The notes under the pieces were generated by a model that worked only from the letters and a program-made list of their open reading frames with translations, was not told the DNA's origin and did no database searches. 64,000 nucleotides of DNA. Origin: Desulfurococcaceae archaeon (GTDB lineage Archaea > Thermoproteota > Thermoprotei_A > Sulfolobales > Desulfurococcaceae). The position numbers and the translations under genes are program-made. This document shows positions 48,358 to 57,830 of this stretch, one piece after another; positions within the stretch are counted from its first letter, which is position 1; the number at the start of each line of letters is the position of its first letter. The stretch covers positions 384,001 to 448,000 of the forward strand of contig JAWAJB010000001.1 in the NCBI GenBank assembly GCA_038888155.1, in the 5' to 3' direction.

Positions 48358-49614
48358 TTAGAAAACCCAAAGGAAACCGTTGGACAGGAAATACAGGGAT
48401 ACAGCTACTACTAGGGTTGCTGTAACCCCTATTAGCATTTCGCGATAAGTGCTCGTAAGGGGTTGTTCGAAGTACTGCGCTGAGTAAACATAGCACAGGT
48501 GGGCAGGCGATGCAAGGTACCCTAGCATGTTAGAGGTATATATTAAGGACGCCTCCCCTGGCCCTACGCTTAGAATTGGCTTAAATATAGATATAGCTAC
48601 TACGCTTCCAGTTAGAGGAGAACCAGTGGCGAGGGAGAGCACAAATGGAGTTAAGGATAGCAGTACTAGCTCTGTAGCTTTATCCCCCTGCGGCATGAGG
48701 CCGGAGATAATGTCGGGGCCACCTAGAGCTAGAAATGCATCCCTGAGAAGAATAGCAGAAAAGGCAGCTGTAACAAGCTCGAAAGTAGTCCTCGAGATAA
48801 TAGCTTCAACAATATCCCTCAAGCTCTTGCCCGCTAGCTTAACTAGTAGCGCTATTGCTAGCCCCAATCCCAGCACCATAGAGTAGCGAGTTAGGGGAAC
48901 AAAGGGAATTAGTTGCCTATCGAGTAAAGGGCTTACTGCAACTGCGAGAAATATAGCCACCAGCATGGGCGAAAATACGTACATTAGTAAGCTCGCGTTG
49001 GGGTCCCCTGTGTTGTGATTGTATTGCTTGTGCGAGTTGCGGAAGCTCACGGCGTAGCCTATTGCTACCATTGAAACTACTATGGGAGTCTGTCTCAGTA
49101 CAAGCTCCCACATGCTAACTCCGGCTAGACTAGCCGTTGTAATCAGCGTAGTGCTTAAAGGGTACACTAGGAAGATCACGTGGCGGAACCAGACATTAAT
49201 GAAGAGCTTTAGCTTTTTGCTAAGCCCCAGGTGGTTGCCCACCCCATCAACTACAGGCGCTGACATTAAAGCGCCACCAGCAACGGGGAGCAACCCCATT
49301 ATTGCGGGCACAAGAGTTGCAATGGCTTTGGGCTTCTTCAAAGCCTTAACGAGCTCTTCGCCGAGCTTTGCCAGGAATCCAGAAGCGCGATAGAGGTTAA
49401 CGAATACAGCTATTAGGAACGTGACCACAACGAGGTCGATAGCCGTAGAGCTCATTGTAGTAGAGTATAGAATGCTCGACAGCCCTGGAAGACCCCCGCC
49501 GATTAGGCCCATAGACAACGAGGCAACTAGGAGAGCAAACCACACGGGCTTCCCTAGACCCAAGGATGCCGCGAGAACAAAAAACCCAACTAAGATGCCT
49601 ACTTCGCTCTGCAT
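48358..49614 (-). CDS. DUF401 family membrane protein (ion transporter superfamily)
   Basis: PAIMGLLPVAGGALMSAP, NVWFRH and SPAHLC motifs. Confidence 0.88.
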   Translation of the reverse strand: MQSEVGILVGFFVLAASLGLGKPVWFALLVASLSMGLIGGGLPGLSSILYSTTMSSTAIDLVVVTFLIAVFVNLYRASGFLAKLGEELVKALKKPKAIATLVPAIMGLLPVAGGALMSAPVVDGVGNHLGLSKKLKLFINVWFRHVIFLVYPLSTTLITTASLAGVSMWELVLRQTPIVVSMVAIGYAVSFRNSHKQYNHNTGDPNASLLMYVFSPMLVAIFLAVAVSPLLDRQLIPFVPLTRYSMVLGLGLAIALLVKLAGKSLRDIVEAIISRTTFELVTAAFSAILLRDAFLALGGPDIISGLMPQGDKATELVLLSLTPFVLSLATGSPLTGSVVAISIFKPILSVGPGEASLIYTSNMLGYLASPAHLCYVYSAQYFEQPLTSTYREMLIGVTATLVVAVSLYFLSNGFLWVF

Positions 49615-49818
49615 TTTTGTACTACCCCATCAGTGCTATGCATTCTAGAATATACAATGAGATAATAAAGGTAACTAAAGCTGCGAGGTCGTATTTGAAT
49701 TTAATTTGTAGGGCGAAAGCTCACGGAGCGCCCTAAAGTTTAATAAAAAGATGTGCTTTTTCACGAGGCTCAACAAAAAGGGTAGATCTTTAGTTAGTGC
49801 CTTACTTGTGCTCGAGCG

Positions 49819-50976
49819 CTATCTTTTCTTAACTGGCGGTACTTCAAACTTGTGCCTTATCAAGTACTTCTCAATTAAGTCTACTGCCTTTATTCTCCTG
49901 GCCTGGTGCTCCTTGAGGAAGTTTGAAACTCTTTCGGCTAGTTCTCTCTTGCACTCGCCGCATATCACAGCTCCAGATCTACAGGCGCTGTATCTCCCAG
50001 CTAGTTTTCCTTCATCCTCTTCGAACATCATTTCGTACATCTTGTAGACTGGGCACATGTCTGGGTTTCCGCCAAGCTTCTTCTGTAGCTCAACGGTAGG
50101 CTGTCCGCCTGTGTAAGCCCTCAGTACCTTCTTGTAAGCTACTTCTAAGTCGTCTGTAGTGTACACTGCTGACTCCGGCTTAGATGACGACATTTTACCG
50201 CCTATGTCCAAGCCAGGTAGAAGCTTGCAGTGTATCTGCGTTGGTTTAGGGTAGCCAAGCGACTGAGCTATATCCCTTGCCAGTCTCCAATATGGGTCCT
50301 GATCTATAGCTGCTGGTATTAATATCTCTGTAGGCTCTCCAAAGAGCTCAGTTGGTAGGAACGACACAGCAATTTGGAGCGTGGGGAAGAATATCATGCC
50401 CACGTTTGTTGAGTCGTTGAACCCAAATGTTGCCTTTTGGGTGGAGAAAGTTATTTTCTTGGCAACGTTAACAGCTATTGGGTACAGATATCTTATGTCC
50501 TCTGTATCAATAATAATGTGCGTCTTGCTTGGATCCAGCCCAAGCGCAGCTAGGTCAAGGGTATTTTCATATGCATACCTATTGTACTCCTCGAGGTTTT
50601 TGCCCTCGCTGTGAAGGAACTTCTCGTCGTCAGTCATTTCAAAGAATAAGTGAAAGCCGAACTTATCTTGTAGCCACTTTGTGAAGATCCACGGGAGCAA
50701 ATGGCCAATGTGAGTGAAGCCAGAAGGCCCCCGACCAGTGTAGAGCGCGCACCTATGTCCTTCGCCGTACTTCTCTAAGAATACATCGAGGTCCCTGTGA
50801 GCGTAGAACACCCTTCTACGTAGCATTACGTGGTCTTCTCGGGTGTGGCTCTTTATCAAGTCGATTTCCTTGTTTGTTAGGGGTTTAACGCCGAACAGCT
50901 TTATTAGCTTCTCGTAATCTACAAACGCTGGTGCCTCCCAAGGCGTAACACTTACATCGCTCGCCACAAAGGTCAA
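49819..50976 (-). CDS. trpS: Tryptophan--tRNA ligase
   Basis: VTPW, YTGRGPS, HIGH, AIDQDPY and KMSSS motifs. Confidence 0.96.
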   Translation of the reverse strand: MTFVASDVSVTPWEAPAFVDYEKLIKLFGVKPLTNKEIDLIKSHTREDHVMLRRRVFYAHRDLDVFLEKYGEGHRCALYTGRGPSGFTHIGHLLPWIFTKWLQDKFGFHLFFEMTDDEKFLHSEGKNLEEYNRYAYENTLDLAALGLDPSKTHIIIDTEDIRYLYPIAVNVAKKITFSTQKATFGFNDSTNVGMIFFPTLQIAVSFLPTELFGEPTEILIPAAIDQDPYWRLARDIAQSLGYPKPTQIHCKLLPGLDIGGKMSSSKPESAVYTTDDLEVAYKKVLRAYTGGQPTVELQKKLGGNPDMCPVYKMYEMMFEEDEGKLAGRYSACRSGAVICGECKRELAERVSNFLKEHQARRIKAVDLIEKYLIRHKFEVPPVKKR

Positions 50977-51384
50977 CCACCAATCACTCTACATATTTGC
51001 TAGAGGGGTTAAAAGTGTTAGTTTATCCCGCTGTGAAGGCGGCGCGAAGTTTCGCTCTCACATTAGCGCTTGTTTTCACTTGTAATCCTGCTCTGTCAAT
51101 CCAAGTAACTAATCACATAAAAACAGGTTCATGTTAATTGCTCCTCGCAACAGCTTTAACGCTACATCTTGGAGGGCTAGAGCGAGCTTACGCCCTGTAG
51201 TAGCCTCGAAGGTTGTAGAAATGGGGACCTATGGGCTTATTGCCATAGCTATATAGTAGCGTCAGCGCGCCCGACAAGTAGAAGCTAATCGCGTGTAGCG
51301 TAATGAGGAGGCTACCTAAAAAAAGAGCCAAATGGTTTAAGCGATGGGTTAATGTAAGAGCCTCTAGGTGTGGAGAAGGGGCAG

Positions 51385-52587
51385 TCATCCAGTGGAGTGT
51401 TTAGCTACTATATCTAGTATTCTATCAACTTCTCGCTTCACTACCTGCGGTATTGGCGCGTCAATGTTCATGAATCCCCTTATTAGCACGGCTTTAGCCT
51501 CCTCTTCGGTGAAGCCCCTGCTCATAAGGTAGTCTATTTCTCTCTGGGCTATTAGCCCTATAGCTGCCTCGTGGCTCAGCACAGCTCCCTCTTTTCTGGA
51601 CGTTATAATGGGTACTGAGGAGATCATCGCTTTAGGCGAGAGGAGCAGCCCGAGGCACTCAATGTGGCCCCTAGTGTTCGAATCAACGGCTTCTATTTCA
51701 GCTCTTGCGTAAATGCTAGACTCGTCTTTAGCTACGACCCTTGATATGCTCTCTGCCGTGGAGCCTTGCTCTGCGAGCACGCTCAGCGAGCCGATATCGT
51801 AAACTCCCCTCCCGCTTGAAGCTACTATGGAGGCTAGGTATGCGTGTGCGCCTCTCTTGAGGTACACGGCTGGGTAAGTCTGCAGAGAGGCCACAGGGCT
51901 GTAAGTTAAATAGTAGTTTGCGTATACGCCTCCATCCTCTACGCTAACAGCTGTCCTGGGCCGAACGTGCAACCCCTCGGCCCAAGCGTGTATCATTGTG
52001 AAGGTTAACTTGGCGTTCTTGGCGACGTAAAACTCTGACACCCCTATGTGCGCGCCGTCTCTAACTCCGTGCGGTATTGTGCAGCCTGTTATTAGGTCTA
52101 CCTCCGAGCCCTCATCAACGTAGACGACGTTGTGGGCAAACTGTATAGTGTTATTAGTCACAATGGCTAAGCACGTATATATGGGCACGGGCACCTTGGT
52201 GTTCGGCGGGACGTATATAAAGTAGCCTACCTCGCCGCCGTATAGATACGCCGAGGCAGTGTACTTGTCGCTGGCTGGGTTCACGAGGCGCCAAGAGAGC
52301 TCGCGTGCCCTCGAGGTCTTTCTAATTGCATCTGCAGTTGGCATAACCGTAACTCCGTACTTGGAGAGCGCGCTAGTCATAGCTGTGTACAAAGCCCTTT
52401 CGTTAGCTTGAGCGTATGCTACCCTATCTGGGCTAACTCCTACCCTCGGGGCAGCAGAAGTTATCTGGGGGCTTAATTGCGCGGTTTCATCAACTACTGC
52501 CTCTTCAACACGGTACTTGGAGAGATCTATATCTGGGCCGAAGCGCGCGGGTTTTTCAAGCGCTCTCTTGATATCCTCTAAGCTCAC
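51385..52587 (-). CDS. sufB: SufB/SufD family Fe-S scaffold protein
   Basis: ITGCT, GVSEFYV, IHAW, QTYP, GHIECLGL and LSHEAAIG...YLMSRG motifs. Confidence 0.88.
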   Translation of the reverse strand: MSLEDIKRALEKPARFGPDIDLSKYRVEEAVVDETAQLSPQITSAAPRVGVSPDRVAYAQANERALYTAMTSALSKYGVTVMPTADAIRKTSRARELSWRLVNPASDKYTASAYLYGGEVGYFIYVPPNTKVPVPIYTCLAIVTNNTIQFAHNVVYVDEGSEVDLITGCTIPHGVRDGAHIGVSEFYVAKNAKLTFTMIHAWAEGLHVRPRTAVSVEDGGVYANYYLTYSPVASLQTYPAVYLKRGAHAYLASIVASSGRGVYDIGSLSVLAEQGSTAESISRVVAKDESSIYARAEIEAVDSNTRGHIECLGLLLSPKAMISSVPIITSRKEGAVLSHEAAIGLIAQREIDYLMSRGFTEEEAKAVLIRGFMNIDAPIPQVVKREVDRILDIVAKHSTG

Positions 52588-52589
52588 AG

Positions 52590-53318
52590 CTAGGTCCCCC
52601 TCTCCCTGAGCACCTCCAGCCCTCTCCTGTATCCGAACTTCACTATTACTGGTAACACCTCGTCGGGCGAACCCGAGTAAATTAACTTGCCCTGCATAAG
52701 TATGTGCACTTTATCTATTCTGCTGAGCTTCTCTGCTATTGCCCCAAGGTGAGTTACCAGTACTACCCCCGTTCCGCGCGATCTAAGCCTCTCAATAGAC
52801 CTCGCTATTAATTGAATGCTCTCTATATCTACGCCGCTATCCGGTTCATCCAGCATGGCGAGCTTAGGGTTCTGCAACATAACCAAGAAGAGCTCTGTTC
52901 TCTTCTTCTCGCCGCCGCTGTAGTTAACGAACAGGTCTCTACTCATGAAGTCCTCAAGCAGTAGTGACTTAGCTAAGAGCGTGCAGTCCGAGCAACCGTA
53001 TTTCTTGGCCAGGGCAGATGAGATGTCTCTCAGCTTTACTCCTTTAATTTCTGGTGAGTACTGGTGCGCTAGTGCAATACCGAGCTTAGCCCTCTCGTAG
53101 CTAGGCGATTTAGTTATGTCAACGCCCTCGAGGAGCAGCTTGCCTCCACATATGTTGACGTGCCTTAATCCCATAATAGCGGATAGTAACGTAGACTTGC
53201 CGCTACCGTTAGGCCCCATAACTACGTGCACTTCAGCGCGATTAACGCTCATTGATACGCTGTCTAGGATTCTCCTGTTATCAGCGCAAACGCTGAGCTC
53301 TTTTACCTCGAGTAGCAT
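52590..53318 (-). CDS. sufC: SufC-like ABC ATPase
   Basis: GPNGSGKST, YSGGEKKRTE and LDEPDSGVD motifs; start moved to ATG 53318. Confidence 0.9.
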   Translation of the reverse strand: MLLEVKELSVCADNRRILDSVSMSVNRAEVHVVMGPNGSGKSTLLSAIMGLRHVNICGGKLLLEGVDITKSPSYERAKLGIALAHQYSPEIKGVKLRDISSALAKKYGCSDCTLLAKSLLLEDFMSRDLFVNYSGGEKKRTELFLVMLQNPKLAMLDEPDSGVDIESIQLIARSIERLRSRGTGVVLVTHLGAIAEKLSRIDKVHILMQGKLIYSGSPDEVLPVIVKFGYRRGLEVLRERGT

Positions 53319-53602
53319 TAGTGAAGCACCTATAACATAGTTATAATACCATCTACAGTTGCTTATAAACCTAAGCGCGGGCCAGCGTAAAGTTAAAGAC
53401 ATCAGCTCTAAAAGCTTTTTCCCAAGTTATCGCAAATAACTTAGCTAGCATAACTGGGGATTCTCCTCCGCCCTAGCGCTCATTTATAATACACTGCCTA
53501 AGTGCGGCGTTTGCAGGCGCGCTAAAGTTGCCCTTCAAGCAGATTAACTCTCAGCAGTAGATAGTATTTTTAAGGAGGAACCGCGCTATACATTTACAGG
53601 AA

Positions 53603-53709
53603 GCCGCCGTAGCTCAGCCCGGCAGAGCGCCGGACTCATACGGGCTCAGTGAAATCGGAGTTGGCTCTGGGTGATCCGGTCGTCCCGGGTTCAAATCCCG
53701 GCGGCGGCA
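53603..53709 (+). tRNA. tRNA-Met(CAT), elongator type, with a 33-nt intron (53641-53673) at position 37/38
   Basis: GCCGCCG acceptor; CCGGA-CTCATA/intron/A-TCCGG; BHB with CTCA:TGGG helix, TA^C and TG^A bulges, GGGC:GCTC intron stem. Confidence 0.93.
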
Positions 53710-53743
53710 ATTTCCCCATTTGATCACTCGTTTGCTAACAGGC

Positions 53744-54334
53744 CTATTGTTTTTGGGGCTCGAACTCTACTAGCACAATGCCTCTAGTGGATTCAACGCC
53801 CAATATTGAGCAGTTTAGCCCCTCCAGCACCCCTTTCACGAACTCTAGGATGCTCTGCGTCTCGCCCTCGGTTAGCGATGCAGAAACCAAGCGTAACTTG
53901 TACCTTTTCCCAGTGCTTTCTATAACTACTTCTCCTAGCTCCCACCTCGAGGTCTCTAGTAGCGCCGTAAGAGTTTTTATAGGATCGCTGGACTTCTCCC
54001 TTAAGTAAATGCCGTAAGCTCTACCTGAGCTGCGCCACACGGTTAAGATTTCTTCAGGGGTCCTGCAGGTATTAGCCTCAAGGCACTCAAGTATAGGCTT
54101 TGGGGCGAAAACCCCCCCGAGAACTTTTAATAACCTAAAAGCCCTGAGGACTTCAACTGCTTTCTCTAGGCTGTAATCCATTTCCATAACTTGAAGCGCA
54201 GACCTAATTGAGTCCTCAACTAGCTTGCTTATAGAAGAGCCCTGCCTCCTCGCCTCTTCGAGGAGTCTGTCGACAAGGCTCTTAGAGACGTAGACTAGTC
54301 TTTTCTCCTCTTTTCCAGAGCTCGTTTTCAACAC
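53744..54334 (-). CDS. Ribbon-helix-helix-like N-terminal domain protein
   Basis: RLVYVSKSLVDRLLEEARRQGSSISKLVED fits an RHH pattern; paralogue of the upstream gene. Confidence 0.65.
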   Translation of the reverse strand: MLKTSSGKEEKRLVYVSKSLVDRLLEEARRQGSSISKLVEDSIRSALQVMEMDYSLEKAVEVLRAFRLLKVLGGVFAPKPILECLEANTCRTPEEILTVWRSSGRAYGIYLREKSSDPIKTLTALLETSRWELGEVVIESTGKRYKLRLVSASLTEGETQSILEFVKGVLEGLNCSILGVESTRGIVLVEFEPQKQ

Positions 54335-54912
54335 CTCTTCTCGAACGCGGCTTTAAGCACTCCACTTACCTCTGTTCTCTGGACCATCCGGTACTTAAAC
54401 TCGCTCAGTGCCCCTTCGAGCAGCGCCAGGAGTATTTTCGCTACGCTGTGCTCTACCGTCTCTGGCGTTGCGATAACGGCCTCTACTTTGTTGTCAAATA
54501 GCCTTATTGTAAGATCGCCAATCCAAGCGAAGGCCTTCTCCAAGTCCTTTAAAAGGGAGGGGAGGGGATCCGGCGTATTGAGGCTTATGTAGTACCTCGC
54601 GAGCCAGGAGCCTGCCTGGGCGCCTAACCTTAAGGCCTCCTCAGGTTTCAATGCGTAGTACTCCCTTAGCGCGCTAAGGACAAGCGCTCTAGGAGTAAGT
54701 ATAAAGCCTGCGCTACTAGCTCTCCTTTGGAATGAGGTCTCTTCACGTAGCCTTTCAAACCCCGCATCTGTTCCGACAATCTTGATGTACGATTCAAAAA
54801 CGTCGTTGACCAGGTTGTAAAGGCTCATGCCCTTCTTATTGGCTATATCTATCAGTTGATCAACGAGATCTCTCCTCGCGAAGAGGGCTTTTCGCTCGGC
54901 GACAACGGGCAA
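54328..54912 (-). CDS. Ribbon-helix-helix-like N-terminal domain protein
   Basis: KALFARRDLVDQLIDIANKKGMSLYNLVND fits an RHH pattern. Confidence 0.65.
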   Translation of the reverse strand: MPVVAERKALFARRDLVDQLIDIANKKGMSLYNLVNDVFESYIKIVGTDAGFERLREETSFQRRASSAGFILTPRALVLSALREYYALKPEEALRLGAQAGSWLARYYISLNTPDPLPSLLKDLEKAFAWIGDLTIRLFDNKVEAVIATPETVEHSVAKILLALLEGALSEFKYRMVQRTEVSGVLKAAFEKRC

Positions 54913-55014
54913 GCACTACACCTGCTACAATAAGGGATATTTAAATAGGTATTTAATTGCAGTCACGCTTAAGGCACGTATAATGAAGGATTGAGATGAA
55001 GAATAATTGAGTTG

Positions 55015-55028
55015 AAAAAATAAAAAAA
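55015..55028 (-). terminator. Oligo-T terminator of the S-layer-type gene
   Basis: TTTTTTTATTTTTT on the minus strand, 8 nt after the stop codon. Confidence 0.65.
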
Positions 55029-55036
55029 GTTTACCT

Positions 55037-57478
55037 TTAACCAGCTATTTTTCTGCGCACAGAGATAACTGCGAAAGCTGCCAACAGCGCTGAGATCAAT
55101 GAGAATATCACAGCCATCCAGATGGCGGTAGATAGACCTGGTACAGCGCCAGCGGACTCCTTAATGCTCGATACGTCTGCCTTTATTACGCCTACATCTG
55201 TCTTAATAGTTGCAACGTTGCCCTCTATAGTTGTAATCTTGCCCTTGAGTTCGCCTAGAGTCGTGCTAACCGTTGCCACGTCGTTCTTTATATCTGTTAC
55301 AACTGGCTTGAGCGCTGATACGTCTGCCTTTATTACGCCTACATCTGTCTTAATAGTTGCAACATCTCCCTGTATGCTGGATATTACGGGCTTTAGAGTC
55401 GATAGATCTGCCTTTATCGTGCCCACAGTGGTGCTTATAGTTGCTATGCTGTCGCTCACAGAAACTAAAGTGGCGTTAAACGAGTCGAGCTTGCTGCAAA
55501 CTGGGTCGTTCTCGCAAGTCACTGCAAAGGCCTTGAAGTACTCTGGGGCGACAGTGCCGGTGCGAGATTCTAAGTCAAACTTGTATAGCGCGACGACGTG
55601 TAGCCCTGGCCTGAAGCCTGCAGCTACTAGGGTTAAGTTGAGGTATCCGCAGTCATCGCAGGCTGCGTGGATTGAGAGCTGGTTGTCGACGAGCACTGAG
55701 TAGAACACATCTGGGGTGAGCCCTGTCAACACTACGTACACCTTATTGCCATCGTTGGCGAACGTATCGAGGCCTGTCACAGCGTGAACTATATCCATCT
55801 TTGGCAGTATCTTGAAGAAAGCTCGGTCCGTGGAGAATAAGGCCGGTTCGAACGTTGAAGTGTCAACTACTGCATCCTCGCAGTCCCAAGGCGAGCAGGC
55901 TCTAACTTCGTGGAGCCCTCCGTCTGCGGGGACAGTAAAAGTAGTTAACGCCTTGCCGTCTAGCCCTACTGTTACATTCTTTAAGTTAGTCCACTCATCA
56001 TCTAGTACTATGTATTTCTCCTCGTCAAGCAGCTTTGAGCAGGTGGTGTTCCACCAAAGCCCCGCGCTCTTGTTGGCTGGGAACTCGGTGAGCGTTACCT
56101 TAACGCTGGAGCCAACGTATCCCTCAGTTGGATCTAGCTTAATGCCCGGCCTGACTACTGTTAAGTTAAACCAGTACACTAGCTCTTCGTCATCAACTGT
56201 TTCGATAATCTTGACTAAGTACGTATTGGTTGCACTTAACCCATAAGGATAGTCTTCGGTGGGGAGGCTTATTTCAACGTTGAAGAACCCCCTCTCGTCG
56301 AGCGATATTTCTAGGTACTCCTCGTAATCGAAGCCCTCTACGTCAACTTCGATGGTAGCGCTGGGGTTCCACCACCCGCCGGCGAGAATGATGTTGTCAT
56401 ACGTGTGGTTGCCGTATGCTTTAACTACGAGCGTGTTGTTGCCTGCGCCAGTGTAGTCATCTGTGTACTTTAAGGCAATATCGTTCCTTAGCTCTGACCT
56501 CAGCTCTACAATAGACCTAGCGTACTCTCTGTAGGTAACATAGTCTACGAGAGTTCCCTCTCCAGGATCCGCGTCTGTCATATCCCATATGTATATGTTG
56601 ATGTCCTTGTAGGGTATAGCCCCCTTGCCTGTCCACGCCAACTTTAAGTCTTTAATATAGAAGTCTTCGTAAAGCAAGCCCCACTCATCTGCACAAGAGT
56701 AGTAATCATCGAAAAGCGGCTCATCTGTGTCGTTAGCGCTTCCGTAAGTAAGGCTGAAGCATGTAGACGGCTCTATTGCGGCGCCCAACAATTCAACATA
56801 CCCACCGCCCGGCCCCTCGCTGGGGTAGATAGCGAATCCCGGTAGGAACTCTACTTCCTGTGGCGCAACAGCAACTTCGGACCAGTAACCATCATAGATC
56901 TTTATGTACTTGTAATTAGCTAATTCTGCTACGTAGAAGGGCACAGGACCTATTAAGAGCTTGTAGGACGTGCCCTTAATTGTTGCCTTGCCAATGTAGA
57001 AGGTTGCTTCATTTCCACTCTTGAAGCCGTAACCTCCAAGCGGGCTCTCAATTGTTATTTTCTTTAGACCAGCTGTGTAAAGCGGGGCAACGCTTATCTC
57101 GCTAGTATACTCTATTTCGTCGCCTAATAATTGAGAGAGAGGGTCGCTGTCTAGATATAGCTTGAACTTCGCTCCGCTGAACACTACGTTGTCTAGTACG
57201 ATCGCGAAGTACCATCCTTTATACGCGCTGTCTCCATCAACTGCTTCAACTTTCATTTCTCCTGCCTTAATTGATATGTTTTCCTCTGAAATCTTGATGT
57301 CCGTGCACACTAGGGTGTCGCCGCTAGGGCTACACTTCACTGCTGCTAGCAGGGAGTTGCCAGTTGCGGCCTGCACTACTGGTGCCTGTAACAAAGGCAA
57401 CACAATGCCTAACAGGCTGAACGCTATAATGGCTAATAGCGGGAGTGTGTATATTTTTCTAGCTGTTTCTCTACTCAT
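55037..57478 (-). CDS. S-layer/cell-surface glycoprotein with coiled-coil stalk and C-terminal membrane anchor
   Basis: Signal peptide, acidic beta-rich domains, N-glycosylation sequons, repeated ATIKTDVG..K.D stalk units, C-terminal TM followed by RRK. Confidence 0.75.
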   Translation of the reverse strand: MSRETARKIYTLPLLAIIAFSLLGIVLPLLQAPVVQAATGNSLLAAVKCSPSGDTLVCTDIKISEENISIKAGEMKVEAVDGDSAYKGWYFAIVLDNVVFSGAKFKLYLDSDPLSQLLGDEIEYTSEISVAPLYTAGLKKITIESPLGGYGFKSGNEATFYIGKATIKGTSYKLLIGPVPFYVAELANYKYIKIYDGYWSEVAVAPQEVEFLPGFAIYPSEGPGGGYVELLGAAIEPSTCFSLTYGSANDTDEPLFDDYYSCADEWGLLYEDFYIKDLKLAWTGKGAIPYKDINIYIWDMTDADPGEGTLVDYVTYREYARSIVELRSELRNDIALKYTDDYTGAGNNTLVVKAYGNHTYDNIILAGGWWNPSATIEVDVEGFDYEEYLEISLDERGFFNVEISLPTEDYPYGLSATNTYLVKIIETVDDEELVYWFNLTVVRPGIKLDPTEGYVGSSVKVTLTEFPANKSAGLWWNTTCSKLLDEEKYIVLDDEWTNLKNVTVGLDGKALTTFTVPADGGLHEVRACSPWDCEDAVVDTSTFEPALFSTDRAFFKILPKMDIVHAVTGLDTFANDGNKVYVVLTGLTPDVFYSVLVDNQLSIHAACDDCGYLNLTLVAAGFRPGLHVVALYKFDLESRTGTVAPEYFKAFAVTCENDPVCSKLDSFNATLVSVSDSIATISTTVGTIKADLSTLKPVISSIQGDVATIKTDVGVIKADVSALKPVVTDIKNDVATVSTTLGELKGKITTIEGNVATIKTDVGVIKADVSSIKESAGAVPGLSTAIWMAVIFSLISALLAAFAVISVRRKIAG
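55170..55363. repeat. Exact 47-bp intragenic direct repeat (55170-55216 and 55317-55363)
   Basis: gatacgtctgcctttattacgcctacatctgtcttaatagttgcaac occurs twice, 147 bp apart; encodes VATIKTDVGVIKADVS. Confidence 0.9.
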
Positions 57479-57830
57479 ATAGACACCTTCACTGATACTA
57501 TCTGTATCTTTAGTACGGTATTTAAACCGGGTGACTACAGCACCATTTAATGTATTACATGATCTGTATACAATGATCGATCTATCGTTGTGGCGTTGCC
57601 CTATTGAACTTGCGTATAGAAACTCTTAAACTGCCTAGCTGAAGGTATACTTGGCGTTGAGAGAGGTTTAAGCTTGCTCGTGAACTCCAAAGACTAACAA
57701 TTAGAGAAAGCACGAGCTATTCCCTACGCGGGTATCGCGCCTCGGCGGCTTAATAGCGCCTGGTGATCTTACTATAGGGAACTCTTGTCTTTAAGTAGGC
57801 CTAGTGTCCTTTAGGCTACCAACATTTAAC

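Noticed and set aside
51188-51388. 66-aa ORF overlapping the sufB stop codon
   Set aside because: The ATGA overlap is suggestive, but no motif or family was recognised; left unannotated
55122-57482. Long plus-strand ORFs within the S-layer gene
   Set aside because: Antisense shadows caused by codon bias
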